From Mycobacterium leprae TN (lineage in GTDB: Bacteria; Actinomycetota; Actinomycetes; Mycobacteriales; Mycobacteriaceae): a DNA stretch of 32,000 nucleotides. A program made the position numbers and the translations under genes. A model generated the notes under the pieces. The model had not been told where the DNA came from. It was given only the letters and a program-made list of their open reading frames with translations, and made no database searches. Position 1 is the first letter of the stretch, and each line of letters starts with the position of its first letter. Positions 20,314-30,737 of this stretch are shown here, in pieces. The DNA is taken from the NCBI RefSeq assembly GCF_000195855.1, contig NC_002677.1:3210001-3242000 (forward strand), given 5' to 3'.

Positions 20314-22128
20314 TTACCTTGCCATGTTGGTGAATCGCGACAAGTGCAATTGATGCGCGACAGTGACTGTCTTGGTTGGGCCGTTACGATGCTTGGCGAG
20401 AATCAAGTCCGCCTCGCCACCACGCGGATCGTCGCGATCAAAGGCATCCGGACGGTGCAGCAAGATCACGACGTCGGCATCCTGCTCTAGGCTTCCCGAC
20501 TCCCGCAAATCAGACAACATCGGCTTCTTGTCGGTGCGCTGCTCGGGACTACGGTTCAGCTGGCTGATCGCCACTACCGGGAGCTCAAGTTCTTTGGCTA
20601 ACAATTTAAGATGGCGGGAGAACTCCGAGACTTCCACCTGTCGCGACTCGAACCGCTTGCCTGACGTCATCAACTGCAGGTAATCGACCACAACTAGCTT
20701 CAGGTTTGTCTTTTGCCGCAGCCGGCGCGCCTTGGCACGGATCTCCATCATGGTCAGGTTCGGTGAATCGTCGATATACAGTGGCGCCTCACTGATTTCG
20801 CTCATCCGCCGCGCCAGCCGTGTCCAGTCATCGTCGGTCATTCGACCCGAACGCATATCGGCGAGCTTGATTTTCGCCTCTGCCGAAAGCAACCGCATCA
20901 CGATCTCGGACTTACTCATCTCCAGAGAGAAGATAACGCTCGCCAGGCGATGCTTGATCGAACACGACCGCATGAAGTCCAGCCCAAGGGTCGAGTTGTG
21001 CGTTGGCACCATCCCTCGACCAGCCAGATACAGATGAGCAGCATTGTCCACCTCGACACACCGCACCGGAACGCTGCGCACCCGCCGCACTGAGTCGATG
21101 CACAGCACCGGAGCCATGAATGCAGCCGTGGTCAGTCGCCCAGCGTGGCGCGGTGTCGACCCGGCCGCAGCAATAATGTCCAGCCCACAACGCAACTGAG
21201 CCGACGTCCGGATACCGTAACTCGTCGGCCATTGGTGCTGGGCGTCTGCGACAATGACGGTACCGTCGGAGAACTCGATCTCGTAGCACGGCCGGCCCAG
21301 CATGACCTCGGTCGCGGCCACCACGCGCGTCGGTGCTTCGTCAACGGCCAGCAACTCGTCACCGACGGCAACATCACCCATCGCCGTCCAACCAGTCGGT
21401 GTGGGCAGCGGCGTGTCCAGCGCGAGCGCCTTGCCCACACCCGGACGAGCCGCCACGATGATCATCTGTCCCGGATGCAAACCGTTGGTTACCTCATCGA
21501 GTTCGGTGAAGCCAGTCGGCGCGCCACGCGAGATACCCCCATTGGAAGCGATGGCATCGAGGTCATCCATCGTCGGCTGCAGTAGATCTTCGAGCGGTAC
21601 GTAGTTCTCAGAAAGCCGGCACTCGGCTACGTCGTAGATTTCTGCCTGCGCGCGGTCGACCACCTCGGCCACGTCGGCACCCTCAGCGCCGGCGTAACCG
21701 TACTGCACCACCCGTGTGCCGGCCTCCACCAGTCGACGCAGCAGCGCCTTTTCAGCGACGATGCCCGCATAGTAACCTGCATTGGCGGCAGTCGGCACCG
21801 TCGAGATCAGAGTGTGCAGATACGGCGCACCACCGATCCTGCGCAACAATCCGCGGCGGTCCAATTCGGCGGCCACCGTCACCGCATCGGCCGGCTCTCC
21901 TCGCCCGTACAGATCTAGGATCGCATCGTAAACATTCTGGTGTGCTGGACGATAAAAGTCACCAGAACGCAGCCGCTCGAGAACGTCAGCAATGGCATCC
22001 TTACTCAGCAGCATCCCGCCCAACACCGACTGCTCCGCGGCTAGGTCCTGCGGTGGCTGACGGCCAAAATCTTCACTGGGTGGAACTGCATCCATACCTG
22101 AGTGCGCCAGATCATCGACGACCGCCAT
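20314..22128 (-). CDS. dnaB: Replicative DNA helicase DnaB, intein-containing precursor
   Basis: The ORF track extends upstream to 22248, but the natural start is MAVVDDLAHSGMDAVPPSEDFGRQPPQDLAAEQSVLGGMLLS at 22128. Contains SVIFSLEMSKSEIVMRLLSAEAKI, VVVDYLQLM and DLRESGSLEQDADVVILLHR. Confidence 0.96.
   Translation of the reverse strand: MAVVDDLAHSGMDAVPPSEDFGRQPPQDLAAEQSVLGGMLLSKDAIADVLERLRSGDFYRPAHQNVYDAILDLYGRGEPADAVTVAAELDRRGLLRRIGGAPYLHTLISTVPTAANAGYYAGIVAEKALLRRLVEAGTRVVQYGYAGAEGADVAEVVDRAQAEIYDVAECRLSENYVPLEDLLQPTMDDLDAIASNGGISRGAPTGFTELDEVTNGLHPGQMIIVAARPGVGKALALDTPLPTPTGWTAMGDVAVGDELLAVDEAPTRVVAATEVMLGRPCYEIEFSDGTVIVADAQHQWPTSYGIRTSAQLRCGLDIIAAAGSTPRHAGRLTTAAFMAPVLCIDSVRRVRSVPVRCVEVDNAAHLYLAGRGMVPTHNSTLGLDFMRSCSIKHRLASVIFSLEMSKSEIVMRLLSAEAKIKLADMRSGRMTDDDWTRLARRMSEISEAPLYIDDSPNLTMMEIRAKARRLRQKTNLKLVVVDYLQLMTSGKRFESRQVEVSEFSRHLKLLAKELELPVVAISQLNRSPEQRTDKKPMLSDLRESGSLEQDADVVILLHRPDAFDRDDPRGGEADLILAKHRNGPTKTVTVAHQLHLSRFTNMAR
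20995..21429 (-). other. DnaB mini-intein, 145 aa, no homing endonuclease domain
   Basis: Walker A is interrupted: ...ARPGVGK|ALALDTPLPTPTGWTAMGDVAVGDELLA...VRCVEVDNAAHLYLAGRGMVPTHN|STLGLDFMRSC. Removing 145 codons restores GVGKST. Coordinates were counted codon by codon. Confidence 0.95.
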
Positions 22129-22677
22129 TAACTCTAAACACCTCCCCCTGACACAAACACCCTGACATAAGCATTCGAACGGGCATTCGATATGCCAATG
22201 TTCGGAGCATAAGTCAAGGCCCCAACACCCGCGCCCCAAAGCACCCAACCACGTCGCGCCGGGATGACGGTAGACGTTGCTGGCGAGTACTCCAAGTGGC
22301 TACTGTTCATGAAGCTGTGCATCGTGTGTGTATACCCGTCGACACTGTGTGAAACGGGGTGTGGAGAACCTATGGATCAGTCTGGAGCGCTATCACATCA
22401 CTGCAGATAAACGTCCCATAAGACGACAGATATTGTGTGAACAAGAATCTCTTCGGCGTGTCGAGCCAGGTTACTGCACCGGGCGTGTTGGATTTCAGCT
22501 AGATTTTGGAAGCGTTACGTATTGGTAACGATAAATGGCTCCTTAGTTGCCGAAAATAGTTCGCCAGGGAAACACGCAGTGTTCCCCAGCACCACTCTTA
22601 GAAGACTTTCTACGCACGAACAAAACCCGGTGGCAGCCGATCAGCGGCCGTCACCGGAGTTAACAAACGTTGCGTTT

Positions 22678-23136
22678 TTATCTCGCTGCGACGACGTCGA
22701 GTAACACCACGACATCAACTTCAGGGTGTAAATGCACCGATACCGGATGCGTGCCGACGGCCTTGATATGGGTTTTGGGTAGCCGCACGATTCGCTTGTC
22801 GAGGTTTGGCCCGCCCGCCTTCTTTATAGCGGCGACAACATCACCGGCAGTCACGGAGCCGAACAGCTTGCCGGAGTCAGCTACCGTCTTCATCGGCAGC
22901 GAAACCGAGCCCAACGCCTCGATCGCCACCTTGATTTCGTTGGCGTGCTCGCGGTCACGCATCGCCTTCGTTTCACGTGCGCGGCGGATCTCGTCAGCCT
23001 GTCGCTGGGCACCGCGCGAAGCGACAATCGCCAGACCGTGTGGGAGCAAAAAGTTTCGACCGTACCCGTCCTTGACCTCAACAGTGTCACCGACGGAACC
23101 AAGATGGTCGACATCAGCCGTCAGAATCAGCTTCAT
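22678..23136 (-). CDS. rplI: 50S ribosomal protein L9
   Basis: 152 aa, [40 protein letters not shown], the classic L9 N-terminus. Confidence 0.97.
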   Translation of the reverse strand: MKLILTADVDHLGSVGDTVEVKDGYGRNFLLPHGLAIVASRGAQRQADEIRRARETKAMRDREHANEIKVAIEALGSVSLPMKTVADSGKLFGSVTAGDVVAAIKKAGGPNLDKRIVRLPKTHIKAVGTHPVSVHLHPEVDVVVLLDVVAAR

Positions 23137-23183
23137 CGTTTTCGTACTTTCCGTTGGGCTTGCAGCGGTTACCGTCCGTCCGG

Positions 23184-23438
23184 TTATCGCGCCGAGGAGG
23201 TAAAGGGCAGCAGAGCCACCTCGCGGGCGTTCTTCACCGCGATCGCGATGTCGCGCTGGTGTTGCACGCAGTTACCAGTGACCCGACGGGCCCGGATCTT
23301 GCCCCGCTCACTGATGTACGTCCGCAGTAGCGTGGTGTCCTTGTAGTCGATTTGCTGGTTCTTCTTGGCGCAGAAAACGCATTTACGCGCTTTGGCCGGC
23401 TTCTCCGGTGCTGGACGCCGCTTGGTGGACTTGGCCAT
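23184..23438 (-). CDS. rpsR: 30S ribosomal protein S18 (Cys-containing form)
   Basis: [79 protein letters not shown]. The start was trimmed from the track ORF (23534). Confidence 0.96.
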   Translation of the reverse strand: MAKSTKRRPAPEKPAKARKCVFCAKKNQQIDYKDTTLLRTYISERGKIRARRVTGNCVQHQRDIAIAVKNAREVALLPFTSSAR

Positions 23439-23463
23439 GTGTGTAATTCTTTCCGTTTCGTTA

Positions 23464-23970
23464 CTAGAAGGGGGGTTCTTCGTCACCGACGCCGAAGGAC
23501 CCCGAGGTTGGGGCACTGCCCCACGGATCGTCACCTACTCCGCCACTCATTTGAGCAGGCGCCTGACGGGATCCGCTGCCGAAGCCGCCGCCCCCGCCAC
23601 CACTGCGGCTAGCCTTGTTGACTTTGGCGGTGGCATACCGAAGCGACGGGCCGATCTCATCGACCTCGACCTCGACAACTGTCCGTTTCTCGCCCTCGCG
23701 GGTCTCGAAGGAACGCTGCTTGAGCCGACCGGTGACGATCACCCGCGCCCCCCGGGTGAGGCTTTCGGCCACGTTCTCCGCAGCCTCCCGCCAAATATTG
23801 CACCGAAGGAACAGCGCCTCGCCGTCTTTCCACTCACCGCTTTGACGATCATAGATCCGCGGTGTCGATGCAACAGTGAAGTTCACCACGGCAGCACCGG
23901 ACGAAGTGAACCGCAACTCAGGGTCAGCGGTCAAATTTCCGACAATGGTAATGGTGGTGTCGCCAGCCAC
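23464..23970 (-). CDS. ssb: Single-stranded DNA-binding protein
   Basis: 168 aa, [71 protein letters not shown], Gly-rich linker and acidic tip [25 protein letters not shown] start. Confidence 0.97.
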   Translation of the reverse strand: MAGDTTITIVGNLTADPELRFTSSGAAVVNFTVASTPRIYDRQSGEWKDGEALFLRCNIWREAAENVAESLTRGARVIVTGRLKQRSFETREGEKRTVVEVEVDEIGPSLRYATAKVNKASRSGGGGGGFGSGSRQAPAQMSGGVGDDPWGSAPTSGSFGVGDEEPPF

Positions 23971-24129
23971 AATTTCCTCCCTAATTTGGCCCTGTTCCTC
24001 GCCTTGGTGCAGGCGTTGGTCATGAGCGTGTTTTCGGAGAACCTATGCAAGGGCGCAAACCGCGGACGATCGTTCGACTAGTGCTATATGCCTGGTCGCC
24101 CCCGCTACGCGGGCCGCATCGTCGCCAGA

Positions 24130-24420
24130 CTAGTGCTTGTCAGTGCGCATTACCTTGGTGCGCAACACCGACTCGTTGAGGCTGAGCTGGCGGTCAAGCT
24201 CGGATACCGTTGCCGGCGCAGCCTTCAGATCAATGACAACGTAGATGCCTTCAGCGTGCTTGGAGATCTCGTAGGCCAGCCGGCGCCGACCCCAGATGTC
24301 GACCTTATCGATAGCTCCACCGTCCTTGCGGACGACGTTGAGGAACGTCTCCAAAGACGGACCGACAGTGCACTCGTCGAGCGTGGGGTCAAGAATGACC
24401 ATGATTTCGTATGGACGCAT
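24130..24420 (-). CDS. rpsF: 30S ribosomal protein S6
   Basis: [67 protein letters not shown]. Start trimmed from track ORF 24456. Confidence 0.96.
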   Translation of the reverse strand: MRPYEIMVILDPTLDECTVGPSLETFLNVVRKDGGAIDKVDIWGRRRLAYEISKHAEGIYVVIDLKAAPATVSELDRQLSLNESVLRTKVMRTDKH

Positions 24421-24739
24421 GGAAACCTCACCACCTCCTCTGGTCTGTGCGGCCACGGTCGATCCGCAGCAGGAGGGTCGCCTGCGTCAGCAACTGCACC
24501 AGGCTACCGGACGTCGGGCTTACCGGAAAAATCCGGGCCACTAGCCAATCGGTCACAGTTCCAGCTGCGTCGGTATTCGTCGACCCTGGCCTTTCTGTTG
24601 CCACGTCAGCCTTAGCCAGCGTGCCAGAGTCGAATAGCGGCGGGTCGTATTCGACAAACAGCATTGAGCTGCCTACGCAGCTGGTCAATCGACAAGGAAC
24701 TCAACCTGCTAACTAAGGCCATGTCGATGCCATTGGAGG

Positions 24740-24756
24740 ACCCCCGCGGCGGGGGT
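24740..24756. terminator. Strong short hairpin ACCCCCG-CGG-CGGGGGT, possible U-less terminator or leader structure
   Basis: Perfect 7-bp GC-rich stem with 3-nt loop between the Rv0051-like stop (24968) and the rpsF start (24420). Confidence 0.3.
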
Positions 24757-24967
24757 GATAATCCGCTGCGAGAGTGCTGAACAACACTTTCGGGCACATA
24801 GTGTGCACCCAAATTTGTTGAGCAGGTCCGCAACGCTCCGGTGCGTCATCGTGGATCAGCTGAAGGGCTCCAACACCGTCAGGGAACACCACCTACATCG
24901 GATGCACCGACTTTGTCGAAGTATAGCATCGCAGGTGAGACCGAGCATCTCGTTTTCTGTGCACACC

Positions 24968-26662
24968 TCATATACTAGATGGTGCATGGGGATGGTGCAT
25001 GGGGCCAGAAGGCGTTGCAGCGGCGGCCAGCTCGGTTTCAGTCACTGATGATGCTGCCAACGTGACTACCCGCCGCATCCCAGCTGGATGCAGCCAGTCC
25101 GGCAGCCAGCTGGGCGGGGCGTACGGGGCGCGGTCGAAAGGTCCGCCCGCCGGATCATCCACCCGTCCACCCAGTCGCACTGGATCTTCGTCAGGCCGAT
25201 AAATTTGACGAATCACCAGCGCGCACAGCGCCACGACCGCAATATCGCGCAACAGCACCGTCGCGGTGAACCACTGCTCCGGGAGCGAACGGCTCGGATT
25301 GCCGTAAAGGTAATACATCCGCGGCACCCACACCAGAGCATCGATCGTCATCCACGCCAGCAGCACCCGGCGGTGCGGCAAGGCCAACACTGCCAGCGGC
25401 ACCAGCCACAGCGAGAACTGGGGGCTCCAGACCTTGTTGGTCAACAAAAATACCGCCACCAGCAAAAACGCTAACTGAACCACTCGTGGCCGTTGTGCAG
25501 CAGTCAGCGCAATATAAGCTACTGCTGCACAACACAATGCGAACAACACCGTTACTACGGTGTTTAGAACCAGGGGTAGCTCGCAGAAACCCAGCTTGGT
25601 ATCGAAACCGCGCCAGCCAGTAAGCGATTTCACGACGTTATACAACGAGTCCATGTCGTCCCCACGGCGAGTGTTAAACCGGAAAAACTCCGACCAGCCG
25701 CGTGGGAAAAGTAATAGCACAGGAAGATTCACCAACAACCAGGTTGTTGCCGCGGTCACCGCGGCGCAAGCCACACCCCCGAGGCGTCCGGTGCGGACGC
25801 CCAACACAAACAACGGGACCAAAAACAGCAGCGGATAGAGCTTGGCCGCGGCACCTAACCCGATCAGCACACCAGCAGATATCGGTCTGCACCGCGACCA
25901 CGCTAGCAATCCACCAGTCGCGAATGCTATGGCCAACGCGTCGAAGTTGGTGAACACCTGAAAAATCACCAGCGGGGATGCGGCGACCAAGGCTGCATCC
26001 CAAATCCGGAGGCCCGCCAGCCCGGCGGTGGCCCAGATAGTCGCTAACCAGGCCAATGCCAGCCCGAATGCAACAACGTCGAAGAACATCACCACCTCGG
26101 CGACCGCCGGTAGGCTGACGGGCTCGCTTAAAGCCGTGTAGCTCTTGGCCACCGCCATCGATACATACTGATAAATACCGGTTAACACCGGATACTCCAT
26201 GTACCGCACCGCCAGCCGACCGTCATAGCGGGTCCGCGGTGTGCCGCTACTGTCGGTTTCGATCCAACTGGATTTGTACGGAAACTTACCTTGGCTCAAC
26301 AACTCTGTGCCGTAGAGCGGCACTATGTCAGAATAGCACAACTCGTAATATGCGCGCTGGTTATCCCAATTGGGGACCCGCTGACCGCCCGGCCCCGTTC
26401 CGGTGGTTTGCAAGCAGGCCGCCTTCGTTGACCAGCCGAGCGCCAAGAATACCAGCCCGATAAGAAACATCACCCGGAGCGGTGTCATCAGCCAACTACG
26501 GCCGATCAGCGCATGGCAACCTACCGGTCCACCGATCGCATCTGCTAGGGCGGCGCCCAAATAGTCTGTGCGGCTGGGGCAATCACGGTTATCGGCGCTC
26601 TGGCGATCAGCGGCCAACGGCCGCGGCGAGATAGTGGTACTGTGCGTCTGAGCGTTGATCAC
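24968..26662 (-). CDS. Conserved multi-pass membrane protein, GT87-like (Rv0051-like)
   Basis: 564 aa with many hydrophobic segments, NFDALAIAFATGGLLAWSRCRPISAGVLIGLGAAAKLYPLLFLVPLFVLG. Overlaps the ponA1 stop by 4 nt. Confidence 0.88.
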   Translation of the reverse strand: MINAQTHSTTISPRPLAADRQSADNRDCPSRTDYLGAALADAIGGPVGCHALIGRSWLMTPLRVMFLIGLVFLALGWSTKAACLQTTGTGPGGQRVPNWDNQRAYYELCYSDIVPLYGTELLSQGKFPYKSSWIETDSSGTPRTRYDGRLAVRYMEYPVLTGIYQYVSMAVAKSYTALSEPVSLPAVAEVVMFFDVVAFGLALAWLATIWATAGLAGLRIWDAALVAASPLVIFQVFTNFDALAIAFATGGLLAWSRCRPISAGVLIGLGAAAKLYPLLFLVPLFVLGVRTGRLGGVACAAVTAATTWLLVNLPVLLLFPRGWSEFFRFNTRRGDDMDSLYNVVKSLTGWRGFDTKLGFCELPLVLNTVVTVLFALCCAAVAYIALTAAQRPRVVQLAFLLVAVFLLTNKVWSPQFSLWLVPLAVLALPHRRVLLAWMTIDALVWVPRMYYLYGNPSRSLPEQWFTATVLLRDIAVVALCALVIRQIYRPDEDPVRLGGRVDDPAGGPFDRAPYAPPSWLPDWLHPAGMRRVVTLAASSVTETELAAAATPSGPMHHPHAPSSI

Positions 26663-29208
26663 GGTGGCGTTGTTGAAGTTGTTAGGTCGGGCAATGCCTG
26701 CGTCGGCGGGACAGTGACCGTCGTGGGCGGGCCGACCGGTATGATTATGCCCGGCGCTACTTCAATAGTAGGCTGAATAACCTTCTTCAAAGGAGGCGGG
26801 GGTGCCAGTGTCGGCACACCAGCGTAGCCACCTACCTCAGTCGGCTTGGGGAAGCCCTCGTTAGGGGTACCCTCCAGAGCGCCATCCATCGTCGACTTCC
26901 AGATGTCCGACGGCAGGCCGGAGCCGTAAATCGCTTCTCCTGAAGCGGTTATCAGCGGCACATTGTCTTTGACGGTACCAACCCACACCGCCGTCGACAG
27001 CGAAGGTGTGTAACCGACCATCCAAGCATCCTTGTTAGCGGTGGTATCGCCCAGCTGCACCGTGCCTGTTTTGGCTGCCGACGGCCGCCCGCCAGCTAAG
27101 TTATGGCCACGCGAATAACCGGCAATCGGCTGCATCGCCGCAGTAACGTTATCGGCGACAGCTTTGGCGATGCGTTGGTCGCCGCTGTTGTCCGCAGTGC
27201 TGGCGTCGAAAAGTACCCGGCCCTCAGCATTAACGACTTTTTGCACCAAGTGCGGTCGGTGGTAGACGCCGGACGCAGCCAACGTGGCGTATGCCGATGC
27301 CATATCGATCACGCGGGTTTCGTACTGGCCCAGAACGATTCCGTTGTTGGGCGGTCCTCCTTTACCATCCTCTGACAGGGTGTGCGCTACACCAGGGAAG
27401 CTGCTCACGATACCAGCTTGGTGCGCGGCGTCCGCAACAGCCTGCGGTCCATTCTTAAGTTTGAGCATCAGACGGTAATAGGAGGTGTTCAACGAGAGCT
27501 TGAGCGCCTCAGCGATATTGCAATTTCCACAACTCTCGTCTCCATTGTTGGTGATCTTAATACCATCGACAGTAAGCGGGGAGCTGTCGACCCGATAGCC
27601 CAGACCGATACCTTGCTCGAGCGCGGCGATGAGCGCAAATACCTTGAAAGAAGAGCCGGTTTGCAGCCCAGCCTGGGCAAAGTCAAAACCGTTGGCGTCA
27701 GCACCGCCATAGTAGGCGCGTATCGCACCGTTATGTGGATCGATCGAAACGATGGCAGCACGCATGTCGGGATCCTGCCCGTCAAGGTATTTCGATACCG
27801 CCTTCTCAACTATCCGTTGAGCCTGCGGATCGATGGTGGTAATGACTTGCAGCCCCTGGGTGTTCAAGGTTTGCCGATCGATGTTGAATAGTTCGAACAG
27901 CTCTTTGACCACCTGACGCTCGATGAGTCCATTGGGTCCGGTGGTCTGATTCTGCGCACGAGCCTGGTCAGGCGGCACGGTAGCGGGAAACAGCTGTACC
28001 GAGCGGTCATTCGGCGACAGAGCATTGATGTCCACCATGCCGTCCAGCACCCAGTTCCAACGGGCCGTAACACCCTTGAGATTGATAGCCGGGTCTAGGA
28101 CCGACGGCCGCCGAATTAGCGCCGCCAACAGTGCCCCCTCGGAGCAGGTGAGCTGCTCCACGGGTTTGTCAAAATAGGCCTTGGCCGCAGCTGAAATTCC
28201 GTAGGCTCCCCTACCGAAGTATATTATATTCAAATAAGATTGTAGCACATCGTCTTTAGACCATGCGTCCGACATTTTGATGGCGATGACCAATTCCTTT
28301 GTCTTGCGCATTAAACCGTCAAACCCGTGTTGTGCAGAACCGACTAACGCATTCTTCACATACTGCTGGGTGATAGTTGACCCGCCCTGCAGATCGCCGC
28401 TACCGAAGAGGTTGTTTTGCACCGCTCGCACAGAGGCTCTGAAGTCAAACCCCGGGTTTGAATAGAAGTTGCGATCCTCTGCAGCAATAACCGCCTGGCG
28501 TACATGCACCGGTACTTGGCTGAGGTTGACATCGACCCGGTTACCTTCGGGTGGAACAATTTTGGCGATCTCCAAGCCATTGTTGGCCAGGATCGTCGAG
28601 ACCTGGTTAGTACGAATGTCACCTGGCCTGGGAACTTTCACCATGAAGTAGGTCATGGTGAAAGTGACGATCGGTAACAACAACAACACCACCACAGCGA
28701 GATACAATGAATACCGCACCCAGCGCCAGTTCACCTGCCGGTTGAGGTGTAGGAGCCATGTCCGATTTAACCGCGATCCAGGCACCCTCCAACCAGGCCC
28801 AGTAGCGCGGCCGGGCTGCTTGGGTGACGGTGGATCGCTCGGCAAACGGCGTCGCCTGCCACCGCCCACGGTCGCTGCCGACCGGCCGTCCAGCTTGGCT
28901 GTGACCTCCTTAATAGGGTTGCGCCGCGAGGACATGGACGTCGGGAGTGCCGAGCGGAAGGGCATAGCAGGTGGGGGACCGTCCAAGGCGGCCTTGACGG
29001 CTTCGAGGGGGTCCACCCGCCCAGCCGATCGCTCGTCGGTGGCGGACGGGATGATTGCCGTCATCCGGTCATCGAGTGGAACCTGACGACGCTGACCCGG
29101 CTGATCAGAACTTGGACGCTCACCCACCCGCTCAGTCGCTGGCCCGCTCACATTCCTAGGCGACTGATCGCGGTGGCCGTCGTTATTCAATGGCCATGCG
29201 GGCACCAT
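26659..29208 (-). CDS. ponA1: Bifunctional penicillin-binding protein 1A/1B (class A PBP)
   Basis: Glycosyltransferase motifs AVIAAEDRNFYSNPGFDFRASVRA, GGSTITQQYVKN, and transpeptidase motifs TGSSFKVF and AAKTGTVQLGDT. One TM segment, Pro-rich tail. Start could be 29208 or 29274. Confidence 0.95.
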   Translation of the reverse strand: MVPAWPLNNDGHRDQSPRNVSGPATERVGERPSSDQPGQRRQVPLDDRMTAIIPSATDERSAGRVDPLEAVKAALDGPPPAMPFRSALPTSMSSRRNPIKEVTAKLDGRSAATVGGGRRRRLPSDPPSPKQPGRATGPGWRVPGSRLNRTWLLHLNRQVNWRWVRYSLYLAVVVLLLLPIVTFTMTYFMVKVPRPGDIRTNQVSTILANNGLEIAKIVPPEGNRVDVNLSQVPVHVRQAVIAAEDRNFYSNPGFDFRASVRAVQNNLFGSGDLQGGSTITQQYVKNALVGSAQHGFDGLMRKTKELVIAIKMSDAWSKDDVLQSYLNIIYFGRGAYGISAAAKAYFDKPVEQLTCSEGALLAALIRRPSVLDPAINLKGVTARWNWVLDGMVDINALSPNDRSVQLFPATVPPDQARAQNQTTGPNGLIERQVVKELFELFNIDRQTLNTQGLQVITTIDPQAQRIVEKAVSKYLDGQDPDMRAAIVSIDPHNGAIRAYYGGADANGFDFAQAGLQTGSSFKVFALIAALEQGIGLGYRVDSSPLTVDGIKITNNGDESCGNCNIAEALKLSLNTSYYRLMLKLKNGPQAVADAAHQAGIVSSFPGVAHTLSEDGKGGPPNNGIVLGQYETRVIDMASAYATLAASGVYHRPHLVQKVVNAEGRVLFDASTADNSGDQRIAKAVADNVTAAMQPIAGYSRGHNLAGGRPSAAKTGTVQLGDTTANKDAWMVGYTPSLSTAVWVGTVKDNVPLITASGEAIYGSGLPSDIWKSTMDGALEGTPNEGFPKPTEVGGYAGVPTLAPPPPLKKVIQPTIEVAPGIIIPVGPPTTVTVPPTQALPDLTTSTTPP

Positions 29209-29617
29209 TGCACGCCGTCCGGGTGACCGGGGTACCTCTGGGCGGCGGTGCTGACCGTGCCGCACCAAGCACATATGACCTGACCAAGTAATTCCAGCTA
29301 CATGTGCGGCATACCTCCACCACGTAGACCGCGAACTCCTCGTAACGTGTAGCCAGCAAGACTAACTCCTCGGCGGTGCGCGCCGAACCGGAAATCGCAC
29401 CCAATTGATTGCCGAACACCCACGACACAAGTGTGAGCTGTTCCTTTCGGCAGATCGGGCACATCACCTGGCTCGGTTTCCCGTGAAATTTGGCCGCGCG
29501 GAGCAAATAGGGGTTTGCATCACACACTTCGGACACACCGGTACGCCCCGAGTACACTTCGGCCAGCAGAAAACGCCGACGAAGAGAATAGTTTACCACC
29601 TGACGCTGCAGTCGCAC
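29183..29617 (-). CDS. Conserved hypothetical protein (Rv0049-like, DUF5318)
   Basis: 144 aa MRLQRQVVNYSLRRRFLLAEVYSGRTGVSEVCDANPYLLRAAKFHGKPSQVMCPICRKEQLTLVSWVFG... with CPIC and CRTC Cys pairs. It sits directly upstream of ponA1 and overlaps its possible start. Confidence 0.85.
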   Translation of the reverse strand: MRLQRQVVNYSLRRRFLLAEVYSGRTGVSEVCDANPYLLRAAKFHGKPSQVMCPICRKEQLTLVSWVFGNQLGAISGSARTAEELVLLATRYEEFAVYVVEVCRTCSWNYLVRSYVLGAARSAPPPRGTPVTRTACNGARMAIE

Positions 29618-30724
29618 GGTAACCAGAGTACGTGCCCAACCGCATCACCGAAACGCAAACCCGACGCCGCTACCCACCCGTTTCTAGACCTAAGTCGCGG
29701 GTACTTTGTCATCTACCTTGGTTGCTGAACTTCATACCATCAACCCCATCACCAGATGGCTTAAAAGCCTGCCTTATATGGCGGCATACACAGGGCAAGC
29801 ACGACCCGAACTAAAAACTAAAGACAGCGACCGCTAGGATACCCGTAAGATCCTTGTAACACCCTAACGATGGCGAGCTCTCCACGGAAGAACACCGGGA
29901 TCGGGGTCTTTACCGCCACCAAACGTTCCTAACATTAGGGGTGATCTGCGCCCCGTAGTAGCCTAATCTCCAGGCCAACAGCGCCTTGTTCCACCCGACG
30001 CCTTACCGAATACACCGCCCACATCACTGTCCTCAGTCGCCTAAGGCGCGCGAGTGGGCCATCCTTGGGGCCGTCCCTTCGTGGTGTCAGTGCTGCTGGG
30101 CATCGGCTGGGAGCTGATACGATCAGGTCAAATCGCTGCTGGACTTCACCACCAATCCTGGAGCTAAGCCAGACGGGGTCACATCCATGGTACTGACCCC
30201 GTTGAGACAACTTCAATTTCAATCGCTCGGCGAGCTCACCGTCCTGATCCTGATGGAGTAAATCTGCACAAAAGACTTGGCTAACACCATAGGCTTCCGG
30301 CTTGGTGATCGACCCGGATTACGCAGCGCTCAATCGCACCGATCTGGCCAACAACAACCGTACGCTGAATTAAAACCTACCGCGGTAGTATGGGCTCGAT
30401 AGTCTAGTGTTGTGTTAGAGCGATCCAGCCAGCGACGCCAAAAGCAACAGTTAATAGGTGCATGCCAGTTTAACTCATGTAAATTGACCCAAAAACGACC
30501 GCGAGTATCTTACTGAGGTGCTCCTGAACCCTTCAGGTATCAAACGATCCGACGTCAAAACCAGGTACCTGGTCGTCGATCTCACCACACCCGGGATGCT
30601 GTCACACTGGATGTCTCCAGCGTTACAGCGCCGCTACCTCGTTTTCACCGGTGACAGCACTGCCAAGCAGGTGAATTACCCCTCGTAGCGACAACATACA
30701 CTGGGCGTATATTGTCGTAATATA

Positions 30725-30737
30725 TATCGAGACGATA
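30725..30737. promoter_or_regulatory. Candidate operator or promoter element upstream of the PadR gene (inverted repeat TATCG-AGA-CGATA)
   Basis: Perfect 5-bp arms about 60 nt upstream of the padR start, flanked by more distant ATTGT (30711) and ACAAT (30737) arms. Confidence 0.35.

Noticed and set aside
20363-22151. Several plus-strand ORFs (for example 20363-20683, 21145-21585, 21714-22151)
   Set aside because: All are antisense to dnaB and typical of GC-rich shadow ORFs.
22129-22248. Forty-residue N-terminal extension of DnaB in the track ORF
   Set aside because: The Cys/Gly-rich extension (MGALGRGCWGLDLCSEHW...) is unlike DnaB, and MAVVDDL at 22128 is the natural start.
24088-24615. 175-codon plus ORF opposite rpsF
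   Set aside because: It is the complement of conserved ribosomal protein S6 coding sequence.
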